The notes beneath the pieces were generated by a model. It saw only the letters and a program-made list of their open reading frames with translations. It did not search any database and was not told the origin of the DNA. This document shows positions 19,353 through 32,507 of a stretch of 64,000 bases of DNA, in pieces. A program made the position numbers and the translations under genes. This DNA comes from an uncultured Thermoplasmata archaeon (GTDB lineage Archaea > Thermoplasmatota > Thermoplasmata > Halarchaeoplasmatales > Halarchaeoplasmataceae), in NCBI GenBank assembly GCA_964458595.1, contig CAYWJQ010000003.1, positions 123,116 to 187,115 on the forward strand. The letters run 5' to 3'. Numbering within the stretch: position 1 is the first letter of the stretch; each line of letters begins with the position of its first letter.

Positions 19353-20594
19353 ATGGTTGACTTTGAAAAAGAATTCTCGGAAAGAGCTTCGAAGATGAAG
19401 AGGTCAGAGATAAGAGAACTGCTAAAGCTCATCCAACAGCCGGATATAATCTCGTTTGCCGGCGGCCTTCCGAATCCGAAAGCCTTCCCTATCGAAGAGA
19501 CCAGAGAGATAATAAATGATCTTTTGGACAATGAAGGGGAAAAGGTTATGCAGTACGGTTCGACGGAAGGTGTACCCGAACTCAGGAAAGAGCTCTCGAA
19601 GATGATGACGGAGAGAGGGATGGATGTCGACCACGAAAACATACTCATAACTCACGGTTCTCAACAGGCTTTGGACTTATTGAGCAAGGTCATGCTCGAT
19701 CCGAAAGACACCATAATCGTGGGCTCACCGACTTACCTCGGAGCCACGGGAGCTTTCCGTGCTTTTGAGGCCAACATGGAGACGGTCCCTGTGCGGGAGG
19801 ACGGCATGGACACGAGTCTTTTGAGAAATAAGTTGGAAAAGATGGAAAAGAGAGGAGAACTGCCCAAGTTCATCTATGTTGTACTGACCTTCCAAAATCC
19901 TTCGGGAGCGACGATGTCGGCTGAAAAGAGGCATGAACTCTTAGATATCGCCTCAGAATACGATCTTTTAGTGGTGGAAGATTCGCCTTATTCTCACCTG
20001 CGATACGAAGGTGAAGAAAAACCCCACCTCATGGCCATCGATGACGAGGACAGAGTATTGAGGTTGGAAACATTCTCAAAGATACTCGCCCCTGGTTTCC
20101 GGATCGCATGGGCAACCGGTCCTACGGAGCTCATCGAAAAGATGGTCATAGCGAAGCAGGCTACTGATCTCTGCGCTAATCCGTTCGGACAATTCGTGGC
20201 TTACAAATATTTAGCCGAGGGCGTGATGGACGACCATCTTGAAAAGATAAAGAAATTATACAATGAGAAAAGATTGACCATGTTAGAAGCGATGGAAGAA
20301 CACTTCCCCGAAGAGGTAGATTGGAACAGACCTAACGGCGGGATGTTCATCTGGGCTTCTTTACCGGAACATATCGACACGAGAGATATGTTCGATAAAG
20401 CCGTTGATGAGAAGGTAGCTTACGTCGTAGGTGATGCTTTCCACGTAGGCGACGGCGGTCACAACACGATGCGCATAAATTTCACCCACTCCTCCGAGGA
20501 AGAAATAAAAGAGGGCATAAAATCTCTTGGAAAAGTGATCAAAGAAGAGATAAAGTCGAAAAAGGTCGAAGAGGATAGTCCTATATCGCCTTAG
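19353..20594 (+). CDS. PLP-dependent class I/II aminotransferase (LysN/Aro8-like)
   Basis: ISFAGGLP, QYG.TEG, TFQNPSG, ED.PY and TFSKILAPGFRIAW motifs. Confidence 0.93.
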   Translation: MVDFEKEFSERASKMKRSEIRELLKLIQQPDIISFAGGLPNPKAFPIEETREIINDLLDNEGEKVMQYGSTEGVPELRKELSKMMTERGMDVDHENILITHGSQQALDLLSKVMLDPKDTIIVGSPTYLGATGAFRAFEANMETVPVREDGMDTSLLRNKLEKMEKRGELPKFIYVVLTFQNPSGATMSAEKRHELLDIASEYDLLVVEDSPYSHLRYEGEEKPHLMAIDDEDRVLRLETFSKILAPGFRIAWATGPTELIEKMVIAKQATDLCANPFGQFVAYKYLAEGVMDDHLEKIKKLYNEKRLTMLEAMEEHFPEEVDWNRPNGGMFIWASLPEHIDTRDMFDKAVDEKVAYVVGDAFHVGDGGHNTMRINFTHSSEEEIKEGIKSLGKVIKEEIKSKKVEEDSPISP

Positions 20595-21436
20595 AGGAGA
20601 GGATGTGACCTTATCAGCCGGTCGGAAACTTCCTTTTCCTTTGCCAATTTTTTAATTTTTTTAGAGTTGACCAACCCGTTTTCAGTTACGAATTTTCCTC
20701 TTCTTAATGAAGTGAGTTCGAAGTAATCATTTTTCACTTGGATATTTTTTTCTGTATTCCACACTTCTCTTGGAGGATGTTTTTCTTTCCGTGAAACCGG
20801 TATTTTCGATGGAAGTATCTTTGAACTATCCGCTGTCACGAAAAACTCTTTATCTAATTCCTTCGCCAAGACGGCAAGAGGTCTGGTACCTATCTTATTT
20901 AGAAAGCCTTCCACCGAGATGGTGTCGGAACCGACCACTACGCAATCCACTTTATCCATCGCTTTACACATCCCGGCGTCTATCCAGAATTCTACCTTCA
21001 CATCCTCATCGGAGAGATTTTCTGCTAAGACCCTTCCTTCTTTTTTTGGTCGTGACTCGAGAATAACGACTTTTTCTAACTCGGATAAAGATTCTAAAAC
21101 GGTTGAACTGTAGCTGAACGTCAGGACCTTATCGAAATCTCTTTGATCTAATAGATTCTTCATCTCATCGATAACTTTTCTCTTTTTAGAGACAAATTCT
21201 TTTTCGAAACTTTCCAGCTCTGGATCAATTTGCTTTCCTTTATCGATCGAAAGAAAAGTACGGTTCGCAAGATTGAGCAAAGGGGTCATCGAATATCTGT
21301 TTTTGATCAGTGTATCAAGATAACCTTCGATCTCGTCTTTTTCCAACTTTTTGAGACTCTCTATCGCATCCGTCAAAAGCTCTGAAGCGCCTTTCTCAGT
21401 ATCATTCACTATCTTGGAAGCACTTCTAAATCCCAT
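20591..21436 (-). CDS. eIF-2B alpha/beta/delta-like (IF-2B / sugar-phosphate isomerase) family protein
   Basis: GASEL, LTFSYSSTV, ESRP..EG, VVVGSDTI, NKIGT and YFELT motifs. Confidence 0.85.
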   Translation of the reverse strand: MGFRSASKIVNDTEKGASELLTDAIESLKKLEKDEIEGYLDTLIKNRYSMTPLLNLANRTFLSIDKGKQIDPELESFEKEFVSKKRKVIDEMKNLLDQRDFDKVLTFSYSSTVLESLSELEKVVILESRPKKEGRVLAENLSDEDVKVEFWIDAGMCKAMDKVDCVVVGSDTISVEGFLNKIGTRPLAVLAKELDKEFFVTADSSKILPSKIPVSRKEKHPPREVWNTEKNIQVKNDYFELTSLRRGKFVTENGLVNSKKIKKLAKEKEVSDRLIRSHPLL

Positions 21437-21569
21437 ATTTTAGTTTATAGCGCTCCATAATTATCAAATTTTGTGTTATAATTTTTTAACCGTAATCTTA
21501 TTTAACCTGTCATCTATTAAGATTGGAACGAGTTCACGCGCGAAAAGTTCGTTTAAATACGGAGGTATA

Positions 21570-24500
21570 ATCACGTCAGAATTAGCTCATTCTAAAGAAA
21601 TTGAAGATTATTTCCAAACCTTGGAAGAAGAAGCCGAGAGCTGTTATGAACTTGCGAAAAAGGCTAGGTCGAAAGGATACGATCCCCAGAAAGAAGTCGA
21701 GATCCCGAGAGCGGAAGATCTAGCTCTTAGAGCTCAAAAGTTGACTGAAGTTGAAGATACCGCGGAAAAGATAAGAGAATTGAGCGAGAAGTACGAAAGA
21801 GAAGAAGTGTCTATCAGGATCGCTAAAGAAGTCGCGTCCAGGGACGAGGGCACCATAGCCGAAAGGCTGGAGGATGCGGTCAGGATCGGATTGGCCGTTC
21901 TCACGGAAGGAATACTCGTGGCCCCCTTAGAAGGTATAGGAGGCGTAGATATAAGAGAAAACAACGACGGTAGTAAGTATGCAGAATTATCTTTTGCTGG
22001 ACCTATACGTTCTGCCGGAGGTACCGGTCAAGCCATGAGTGTGCTCATAGCGGACGTGGTTAGAAGAGAGCTCGGGATCGATGGGTTCCAGCCTACGCCT
22101 GCGGAGATACAGCGTTTCAAGGAAGAGATACCATTGTACAAAAAATCTCTAGGCCTGCAGTATACACCCTCCCCTGAAGAGATATCTTTGATAGTGGACG
22201 GATGTCCGGTCAGTATAAGCGGAGAGGGTACGGGAGAAGAAGAGGTCTCGGGAAACAGAGATCTGCCGAGGGTCGATACTAACCGGGTGAGAGGCGGAGC
22301 GTGTCTAGTCATCGCGGAAGGGATGTGTCTAAAAGCTAAAAAATTGAAAAAATATGTAGAAAAACTCGACATCGAGGGATGGGAATTTATAGACGAATAT
22401 ATAGAGAAACACGCTACTGGAGACAAAGACGACTCAGAAGATTCTGACGAAGATGGGGAGGAAGAGGATAAAGGTATAGCTCCCAAGAAAAAATACATCC
22501 AGGAAACTATCGCGGGAAGACCCGTTTTCGGTCATCCCAGCAAGGAAGGCGGTTTTAGATTGAGATATGGTAGGACTAGAACAGAGGGTCTCGCCGCCGT
22601 CGCGGTCAATCCGGCGGCAATGTACCTTACCGATGAATTCTTGGCTCTAGGAACGCAGATCAAAACCGAACGTCCCGGGAAAGCCGGGGCTATAACTCCA
22701 TGTGATACAATAGAGGGCCCTACCGTTTTGCTCAAAGATGGAACCGTTAAAAGAGTCGATTCTGCGGAGGAGAGTAAAGAACTTCAGAGGAAAGTCGAAG
22801 AGATAATCGATCTGGGAGAGATACTGGTCCCTTTCGGAGAGTTCGTGGAAAATAATCATCCTCTAGTTCCCGGGGCTTACTGTCACGAGTGGTGGGTTCA
22901 GGAGGTGGACGAAGATTTTGAGGAGGAAGAAATCACACCTAAAAAGGCTGTAAACCTTTCGCAAGAGAAAGGGTATCCATTACATCCAAAGTACATCCAC
23001 TTCTGGGATTATGTTGACACTCAAGATATCAGAGAACTCAGGAGTTGGATATCCGATGAGGGAGAGATAGAAGAGGATAGGTTGAAACTGCCGGTAGAAC
23101 AGCAGATGAAAGAGATCCTGGAATCTATCGGTGTCCCGCACGAGAAAGATGATGAGAGTATAATTATAGAAATCTACGAACCGTTTATTTTCTCTCTCGC
23201 CCTCGATGAAGAGAGTCTCAGCAAAACAGGAGAATCTAACGAAGATCGACCATTAGAGTATATCAGTGATCTAGCGGGTGTAACCATAAGGAGTAAGGCT
23301 CCTACAAATATAGGTTCTAGGATGGCGAGACCAGAAAAAGCGAAGGAAAGAAAGATGAGTCCGCCAGTACACGGGCTTTTCCCACTCGGTGACGCCGGCG
23401 GATCGGAAAGACTGGTAAAAAAGGCGGTCGAAGAAGGCATCATAGAGGTAGATATCAGTGCGAGAAGATGTCAAAAATGTGGGAAAAGCGGTGCCCAGAT
23501 CAGATGTACCTGCGGCGGTCGAAGGGAAATAATCGACGAACCGCAGGAACAGAAGATCCCGATGAAAAACATATACAGACAGGCTTTGAATACTCTTGGA
23601 GAAGGGGGAAACATCAGCAAGATAAAAGGAGTTAAAGGTCTCATCACCGAGACCAAAACTCCAGAAGCGCTCGAAAAAGGCATCTTGAGAGCTAAACACG
23701 GCATCTACGTCTTCAAAGACGGTACTTCAAGATATGACATGACGGATCTTCCTCTCACACATTTCAAACCTGAAGAGATAGGTTTGACCGTGGAGAGGGC
23801 TAGAGAACTCGGATATGAAAAAGATATAGATGGTAACGAGTTAGAAAGAGAAGACCAAGTGGTAGAGTTGAAGCCGCAGGATATGGTGATAGCGAATGAA
23901 GCCGGCGAGTACATGGTGAAAGTGGCTGAGTTCGTAGATGATCTATTGGAAAAGTATTATGAATCTGACAAGTACTATAATGCGGAATATAAAGAAGACC
24001 TGATAGGAGAGTTAGTGGTAGGTTTAGCACCTCATACTTCCGGTGGAGTACTCGGCAGGATAATAGGATTTCACGACGGTAGAGCAGGATACGCTCATCC
24101 TCTCTTCCATGCAGCGAAAAGACGGAACTGTCTTCCCGGTGATACGGAAGTTAAGATGGCAGATGGAGGTACCGTAAAGTTAAAAGAGCTCTATGATAGA
24201 GCACACGGGGAGGAAGAGATGGATTCTGTAGGTACCACTGGAAAGGAAATTGAAGAAGAAGTCCTCACAGTCAATGGAAGTGAAATACAAACTTCTAAAG
24301 CGTCCAAAGTGATCAAAACACCCGCACAGGAATTCAAGATCGAGATCGAAACGGAGTCGGGCAGATCAATGGAAGTCTTCCCGGATCACAGGATGAAAAC
24401 CGATGACGGAATAAAAAAAGCTCGAGAACTTGAAGAAGACGATAGGATATATACCCCTCTACAGATAGATGTTAAAACCGACGATAAAGAAACTCTCGAT

Positions 24501-26300
24501 CTGCTTGAATTTATTCCAAACCACAAAAATGTGATGATCAGGCAAGTAGAGAAAAGGGTAAATGAGGCTATAGAAGAACTCGGTGGATTGAAATCTGCTG
24601 TCGAAGAGCTGGGCATATCGAAAAAGACTCTAGGCAATTACAAGTATCGTGAATCCATTCCTTTGAACGTCTACCGAGAGCTGATGGAAAAGGCGGGATC
24701 GAAGAACTCTATTTCCGGAGACGCGGTTCTAGCGGCGAAGAGAGATGCAGTGGAGATACCTCCAAAAATAGATGTGAATTCTGACTTGATGAAAGTGCTG
24801 GGATATTATCTGGCCGAAGGTTATACCAGGAAATCTGAGAAAAAAGGAGAAGAATTTTACCAAATATGCTTTGCCTTCGGGGAAGACGAGATGAAAGATA
24901 ATATCAAAGAGGTTGTAGAAGAAACGTTTGGAATCGAACCGTCTGAAGAGGAGAATGTTTTAACGCTGAGTTCTCGGTTGATATATGAGTTATTTCAGTC
25001 GTTAGAGATAGGATCGGGAGCTAGAGAGAAGAGGGTTCCGGAATTCGTGAGCTCACTGCCGAAAGAGAAAGTTTCGGACCTGCTCTCGGCTTATTTTGCT
25101 GGGGATGGATCGGTGGAAAAAGGATGTCTTCATGTTCAGGCAACTAGTGTATCTCGAGGATTGTTAGACGATATCGATTTCCTTTTGAAGAGGTTCGGTA
25201 TTTACGCCCGCTACAGCCAAAATGAGAGAGAAGCTGGGGGGATATTGACAGAAAAATATGGTGAGGATCACTACGAGGGAAGGACCTTCACTACCAATAA
25301 GCTTCATATCAGGTCATCTCACGCCGTAAAGTTCGGAGAGAAGATAGGATTCGATCTGGAAAGAAAAAATGAAGCCTTGAAAGAAGATTTTTCTTTAGAG
25401 AGAAAACCGAGGATAGACACTTCGGGTAATCTGGTGAAGGAGCGAATTAGAGCTAAAGAGCCCAAAAAATCCGATGAAGAGTTCATGTATGATATTGAAG
25501 TGGATGACACCCACAACTTCGTTACCAAGGATAATCTGATAACGAACAACTGCGACGGAGATGAGGACTGTATAATGCTCCTTTTGGACGGCCTTCTTAA
25601 CTTCTCCGAAGATTTTTTACCGGAGAAAAGAGGAGGTCTGATGGACGCTCCACTAGTTCTAACCACGAAAATAGATCCTTCCGAGATCGACAGCGAAGCT
25701 CACAATGTGGATACGGTTTGGGATTATCCCCTAGAATTCTACGAGAAAACTTTCGAATATCCGAAGCCCAAAAAGGTGGGCGACTTGATAGAGACCTTGG
25801 AGGATAGATTGGAGGATGAAACCCAGTACGAGAATTACGGTTACACACATGAAACGAGTAGATTAGACGAGGGGCCCAGCACCAGCCGATATACTAGACT
25901 TGGAAAGATGACAGAGAAGATGGATTCGCAGATCAAGGTAGCGGATATGATAAACGCTGTGGAAACCAAGGATGTGGTGAGTAGAGTCATAAGCGATCAT
26001 TTCATCCCCGACCTGATAGGCAATCTCAACAAGTTCGGCGTCCAGGATATAAGGTGTACGAAATGTAACACCAAGTATCGAAGGATACCGCTGAGCGGCG
26101 AGTGTAAATGTGGAGGAAATCTAACTCTGACCATACATGAAGGCAGCGTGAAAAAGTATCTCAACTTTTCTCTAGAGATGGTCGAAAAATACGAAGTATC
26201 GGAATATCTTTATCAGCGTGTGAAACAGCTTAACAGACAGATAGAATCCTTGTTTGAAAATGATAAGGTATCCAATCCGAGTCTTGACGAGTTCTGCTGA
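21570..26300 (+). CDS. polC: DNA polymerase D large subunit DP2, intein-containing
   Basis: ARSKGYDP, TEGILVAPLEGI, GPIRSAGGT, GGFRLRYGR, GLAPHTS, AAKRRN|CDGDED and C-terminal Zn fingers. The start is uncertain and apparently non-AUG. Confidence 0.97.
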   Translation: MTSELAHSKEIEDYFQTLEEEAESCYELAKKARSKGYDPQKEVEIPRAEDLALRAQKLTEVEDTAEKIRELSEKYEREEVSIRIAKEVASRDEGTIAERLEDAVRIGLAVLTEGILVAPLEGIGGVDIRENNDGSKYAELSFAGPIRSAGGTGQAMSVLIADVVRRELGIDGFQPTPAEIQRFKEEIPLYKKSLGLQYTPSPEEISLIVDGCPVSISGEGTGEEEVSGNRDLPRVDTNRVRGGACLVIAEGMCLKAKKLKKYVEKLDIEGWEFIDEYIEKHATGDKDDSEDSDEDGEEEDKGIAPKKKYIQETIAGRPVFGHPSKEGGFRLRYGRTRTEGLAAVAVNPAAMYLTDEFLALGTQIKTERPGKAGAITPCDTIEGPTVLLKDGTVKRVDSAEESKELQRKVEEIIDLGEILVPFGEFVENNHPLVPGAYCHEWWVQEVDEDFEEEEITPKKAVNLSQEKGYPLHPKYIHFWDYVDTQDIRELRSWISDEGEIEEDRLKLPVEQQMKEILESIGVPHEKDDESIIIEIYEPFIFSLALDEESLSKTGESNEDRPLEYISDLAGVTIRSKAPTNIGSRMARPEKAKERKMSPPVHGLFPLGDAGGSERLVKKAVEEGIIEVDISARRCQKCGKSGAQIRCTCGGRREIIDEPQEQKIPMKNIYRQALNTLGEGGNISKIKGVKGLITETKTPEALEKGILRAKHGIYVFKDGTSRYDMTDLPLTHFKPEEIGLTVERARELGYEKDIDGNELEREDQVVELKPQDMVIANEAGEYMVKVAEFVDDLLEKYYESDKYYNAEYKEDLIGELVVGLAPHTSGGVLGRIIGFHDGRAGYAHPLFHAAKRRNCLPGDTEVKMADGGTVKLKELYDRAHGEEEMDSVGTTGKEIEEEVLTVNGSEIQTSKASKVIKTPAQEFKIEIETESGRSMEVFPDHRMKTDDGIKKARELEEDDRIYTPLQIDVKTDDKETLDLLEFIPNHKNVMIRQVEKRVNEAIEELGGLKSAVEELGISKKTLGNYKYRESIPLNVYRELMEKAGSKNSISGDAVLAAKRDAVEIPPKIDVNSDLMKVLGYYLAEGYTRKSEKKGEEFYQICFAFGEDEMKDNIKEVVEETFGIEPSEEENVLTLSSRLIYELFQSLEIGSGAREKRVPEFVSSLPKEKVSDLLSAYFAGDGSVEKGCLHVQATSVSRGLLDDIDFLLKRFGIYARYSQNEREAGGILTEKYGEDHYEGRTFTTNKLHIRSSHAVKFGEKIGFDLERKNEALKEDFSLERKPRIDTSGNLVKERIRAKEPKKSDEEFMYDIEVDDTHNFVTKDNLITNNCDGDEDCIMLLLDGLLNFSEDFLPEKRGGLMDAPLVLTTKIDPSEIDSEAHNVDTVWDYPLEFYEKTFEYPKPKKVGDLIETLEDRLEDETQYENYGYTHETSRLDEGPSTSRYTRLGKMTEKMDSQIKVADMINAVETKDVVSRVISDHFIPDLIGNLNKFGVQDIRCTKCNTKYRRIPLSGECKCGGNLTLTIHEGSVKKYLNFSLEMVEKYEVSEYLYQRVKQLNRQIESLFENDKVSNPSLDEFC
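24129..25550 (+). mobile_element. Intein (474 aa) with LAGLIDADG homing endonuclease in DP2
   Basis: Splits the conserved RRN/CDGDED. Starts CLPGDTEV, block B PDHRM, LAGLIDADG-like LGYYLAEG and LSAYFAGDGS, ends YDIEV..THNF...ITNN before +1 Cys. Confidence 0.95.
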
Positions 26301-26316
26301 TTCCTCACCAATAAAA

Positions 26317-27333
26317 TCAACCGAAAGAGGAAAGACTGCTCTGCTTTCTCTTCTTCATCCCTTCTTCATACTTTTCTAGAGCCGACTCTATTCTCGATTC
26401 GGAAAAGTCCCTTTCATCGCAGAGAAACCCTTTCACGTTTCCTAGTTCGGTTTCGAAATCGATAGAGTAGTCGGTTTTAACCTCGGGCTTCAAAAATATT
26501 TTTTTAATAGCTTCGTGATTTTCAACCTTCTTATCTTTTTCTTGGAGAACGGTTTCTAAATCGCCGTGTTTCTTAACGTACTTCAATCCTCTTTTCGGCC
26601 CTATACCTTTGACGCCGTCATTATAATCGGTTCCGCACAGTATCCCGATATCTACCAACTGTTCTCTATTTATCTCCAGTTCTTCCAGCACCTTTTCGAG
26701 TTCTATCAATTCCAGACTGATATCTTTATATTTCGAAGAACCGGGCATCTTTCTCTTACCGGTTATCGTGAGGTTTTTCACGAGTCGAGGAGCGCCGAAC
26801 AGTAATGTGTCATAATCCTGTCCACCAACCGACCAAGCGTCTCCTTCTCTAACCATGTGGGCGGCCTGACTTTCACCTTCAGCGGGGGCTTGAATCCAGG
26901 GTATCGCTAAAAGCGACAAGAGCTTTTTACTGCTCTCTTCGATCTCGTCCGTCATCCTGGAAGTTTGCTGAGCTTTCATCCTAGCTCTTTCCAGATCCCC
27001 TTCTTCTAGAGCTTTGTCATATTCTTTTTCAGCCTCTTTCTTTCTCTCTTTTCTTTTCTCCAAAGTTCCTTCTTTCATCACGTCGGGAGCACCGTCGAAA
27101 ACATATACGGGTTTGATCCCGGCTTCTATCAGATTCGCGTTTCTGTAGAGTAAGCCCGACAGATGTGAGGTAACTCTTCCTTCAGAATCTTTCAATAATT
27201 CTCCGTCCCTCTGCCTTATACTGGATAAAAATTGATATATTATGTTGTAAGCGTCTACCGCGATAACTTTATCTTCCATATCTTCGAAATCTATCTCTTC
27301 CCTCTGAATTATATCTCCTATTCCCACGCCCAT
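26317..27333 (-). CDS. fen: Flap endonuclease 1
   Basis: MGV.IG, DAYN..YQFLSSIRQ, VFDG, APAEGESQAA, GTDYN.G..GIGPK and C-terminal PIP box KQSSLSSF. Confidence 0.97.
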   Translation of the reverse strand: MGVGIGDIIQREEIDFEDMEDKVIAVDAYNIIYQFLSSIRQRDGELLKDSEGRVTSHLSGLLYRNANLIEAGIKPVYVFDGAPDVMKEGTLEKRKERKKEAEKEYDKALEEGDLERARMKAQQTSRMTDEIEESSKKLLSLLAIPWIQAPAEGESQAAHMVREGDAWSVGGQDYDTLLFGAPRLVKNLTITGKRKMPGSSKYKDISLELIELEKVLEELEINREQLVDIGILCGTDYNDGVKGIGPKRGLKYVKKHGDLETVLQEKDKKVENHEAIKKIFLKPEVKTDYSIDFETELGNVKGFLCDERDFSESRIESALEKYEEGMKKRKQSSLSSFG

Positions 27334-27345
27334 CTTATGACCACC

Positions 27346-28053
27346 TTAAAAAATAGCTCCTTCCATCTGTACGTCTATCCCGTGATCCGTTATCACGAAG
27401 GGCTTGATCTTCCGAGAATGATTTATCCGCCTCATCTTTATCACCTGGACGCTCAGTTGTACTTCTTCCATATCCGATTGGTTGTATCTCAAGAGAATGA
27501 CTCCATCAGCGGTATACTCTATCAAACCGTCTCTAGAACTTTCCGGGTTCTCGTCCTTAACTTCAGCGGTCAATAGAGCTGTAGTCCCGGTATCTTTTAT
27601 CATCTTACTGAGCGCGAACAGCTGATCTCGTTTCTCCTGAGGATTACTAGCCAACATATTGAGAAGGGAAACCGAATCTATAGCGATCCTGTCCGCGTCG
27701 AAACTTTTTATGAACTCTGGAAGATCGCTCTGGATCTTGTTAATAGTGGCTTCAGCATCAGCCGGGGTAAGCTTTTTCACAGCTAATTGGTTATTATCGA
27801 TGTAAGGTTGAAAATCCCATCCGTATGATTTACCGGTCTCTATCATAGCGTTTCTATCCTCTTCTAGAGAGATGAAGATACCCGACTCCCCCTGCTGCAG
27901 ACCTTCCCATATATATTGTAATGAAAAAGTCGTTTTTCCCGTGCCGAACTGTCCCATCACGGTAAATACGTGGCCTTTCGGAATTCCACCGTTCAGCATC
28001 TCATCTAAACCATCTATCCCGGTCTTTATTTTTTCTATATCTTTTTCTTCCAT
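27346..28053 (-). CDS. KaiC/RAD55-like RecA-superfamily ATPase (single domain)
   Basis: TGIDGLD.ML.GGIP, Walker A GQFGTGKT, SLEE, IAIDS, ADGVI and KMR motifs. Confidence 0.92.
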   Translation of the reverse strand: MEEKDIEKIKTGIDGLDEMLNGGIPKGHVFTVMGQFGTGKTTFSLQYIWEGLQQGESGIFISLEEDRNAMIETGKSYGWDFQPYIDNNQLAVKKLTPADAEATINKIQSDLPEFIKSFDADRIAIDSVSLLNMLASNPQEKRDQLFALSKMIKDTGTTALLTAEVKDENPESSRDGLIEYTADGVILLRYNQSDMEEVQLSVQVIKMRRINHSRKIKPFVITDHGIDVQMEGAIF

Positions 28054-28057
28054 CTTA

Positions 28058-28891
28058 TCACCTGATCTTTTGATAATTTATCACGGTATAGCCCTCATAA
28101 TCGCTGACTTCCGCAGTGAATCGAGCGATCTTTTCCCTCTTCAAGTGAGGGAGAACACTCATAAACTTATCAACTAAAAGATAACGCTGCCGCTGAGAAC
28201 TTCCTGTGGTTTTTGACCATTGGAAGGAAAATACTCCATCTACACTATCTATTATCTGATATTCGAGACTTTTGTCGACTATGCTTTTTGACATCAATAG
28301 ATAGACCACTCCACCCCATTTTTTAGATGCCCTTCTCATACCCTTTATGACCATAACGAGCTTGTCTTTATCGATCGATGAGTTCGTCAATAGATCGGTA
28401 AGCGAATCTAGAATGATGACGTTATTTTCAGCGTTCTCTTCGAGAAAATGGACTAGATCCTCCAATATGTCGGAATCGGAGGAGTCTGAAAATAGGTTGT
28501 TAGAACTCATCTCGCCGGCCCAACTGGGTGGCACCATGGTCCGCTGGAAGTACTGTTTGGAGAAATCCTTGAATTCTAGATTTTCTTCTATCACGTCGTA
28601 GTAATCCTGATTAAATGAGGTTCTGACCTCGTCTAAAACATCTTCTCTCGATCGAGAAAATGTGATATAGAACACGTTTTCTGGCAGCATAGAGCCCTTA
28701 CATTCGTCCCCTAAATGTACAGAGAGATCTTCTGGTTCCTCTTTCACCCTCAATATCTTTGCGGAAGACGTGTAGGTATACTCAACGCCTCCCGCACCGA
28801 TCTCAGTGAGGAGAAGAACGACGGAACCAGCGGGTATGCCCCCTTTGATTATGGCATCTAAATCGCTAACACCAGTAGGTATCTTTTTCAT
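28058..28891 (-). CDS. Degenerate KaiC/RAD55-like protein
   Basis: IPTGVSDLD..IKGGIP, ILDSL and DSVDGV retained; Walker A degenerate (TEIGAGGVEY). Confidence 0.85.
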   Translation of the reverse strand: MKKIPTGVSDLDAIIKGGIPAGSVVLLLTEIGAGGVEYTYTSSAKILRVKEEPEDLSVHLGDECKGSMLPENVFYITFSRSREDVLDEVRTSFNQDYYDVIEENLEFKDFSKQYFQRTMVPPSWAGEMSSNNLFSDSSDSDILEDLVHFLEENAENNVIILDSLTDLLTNSSIDKDKLVMVIKGMRRASKKWGGVVYLLMSKSIVDKSLEYQIIDSVDGVFSFQWSKTTGSSQRQRYLLVDKFMSVLPHLKREKIARFTAEVSDYEGYTVINYQKIR

Positions 28892-29238
28892 GATCTTACA
28901 CCGTCGGACTACTGTCAGACAGAGCCTTCCAATATGGTATAATGGAAGCATTGTTTATAATTTACTTATCGATGATAAGCGAAAGTTGTATTTCCGTTTC
29001 GAATATTATGTGTTAAAGTCTTTCTAGCGGCGAACGCTCACAGAAAATGAGGATAATGATTTAATTATATTTGTTTTCATATCTCTTGGAAGGGAAAAAC
29101 TTAATAATCTCACCACCTTCGTCTTCATTTACAAAACATAAAAATGAAATTATCTTTCCGGCCTTCCAAAATGCTTTTATAGGAGGCCCCTTTCTAACTC
29201 AAGACCCAAGCCGGGGTCGGTTGACGCCGGCGCGGGAA

Positions 29239-29252
29239 GCAAAGTTAAAATA
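29239..29252 (+). promoter_or_regulatory. Probable BRE/TATA promoter of the 23S rRNA transcript
   Basis: GCAAAG followed by TTAAAATA, about 130 nt upstream of mature 23S and after a GC-rich block. Confidence 0.55.
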
Positions 29253-29345
29253 GCTTAATTGCATAATGTTTACAATGCACTCGGCGACATGAGAAAAGGT
29301 TGTCGAGGAAGGGTATAGGATCAGTATGATCCGATGATTACCGAT

Positions 29346-29376
29346 CATACGCAGACCTGGATGTGTACCAGACCGA
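29346..29376 (+). other. 5' arm of the pre-23S processing stem (bulge-helix-bulge)
   Basis: CATACGCAGACCTG-GATG-TGT-ACCAGACCGA pairs with 32325-32355. Confidence 0.9.
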
Positions 29377-29384
29377 TAGTAATT

Positions 29385-32317
<2,933 letters not shown>

Positions 32318-32324
32318 TTAACTT

Positions 32325-32355
32325 TCGGTCTGGTCATCAGACAGGTCTGCGTGTG
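32325..32355 (+). other. 3' arm of the pre-23S processing stem (bulge-helix-bulge)
   Basis: TCGGTCTGGT-CATC-AGA-CAGGTCTGCGTGTG. Confidence 0.9.
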
Positions 32356-32507
32356 TATTATTGTAATCTTTTCTAAAATAGCAATATGTGTTAGTCTAGA
32401 GTATAGCCATTTATAGTCAAAGACGGAACTTTTGTTGAATTTTTATGTCTTCCACTAAATAACGAATAATCTAGAGCGATACATCATATCTCATCTTTTA
32501 TGTGCGG

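Noticed and set aside
21471..21560. ORF-track N-terminal extension of DP2 from TTG 21471
   Set aside because: AT-rich promoter-like DNA 34 nt from the divergent gene, with no RBS and non-DP2-like residues.
27346..28891. A circadian KaiABC clock
   Set aside because: These are single-domain KaiC-like proteins with no kaiA or kaiB in the window; such proteins are common in archaea.
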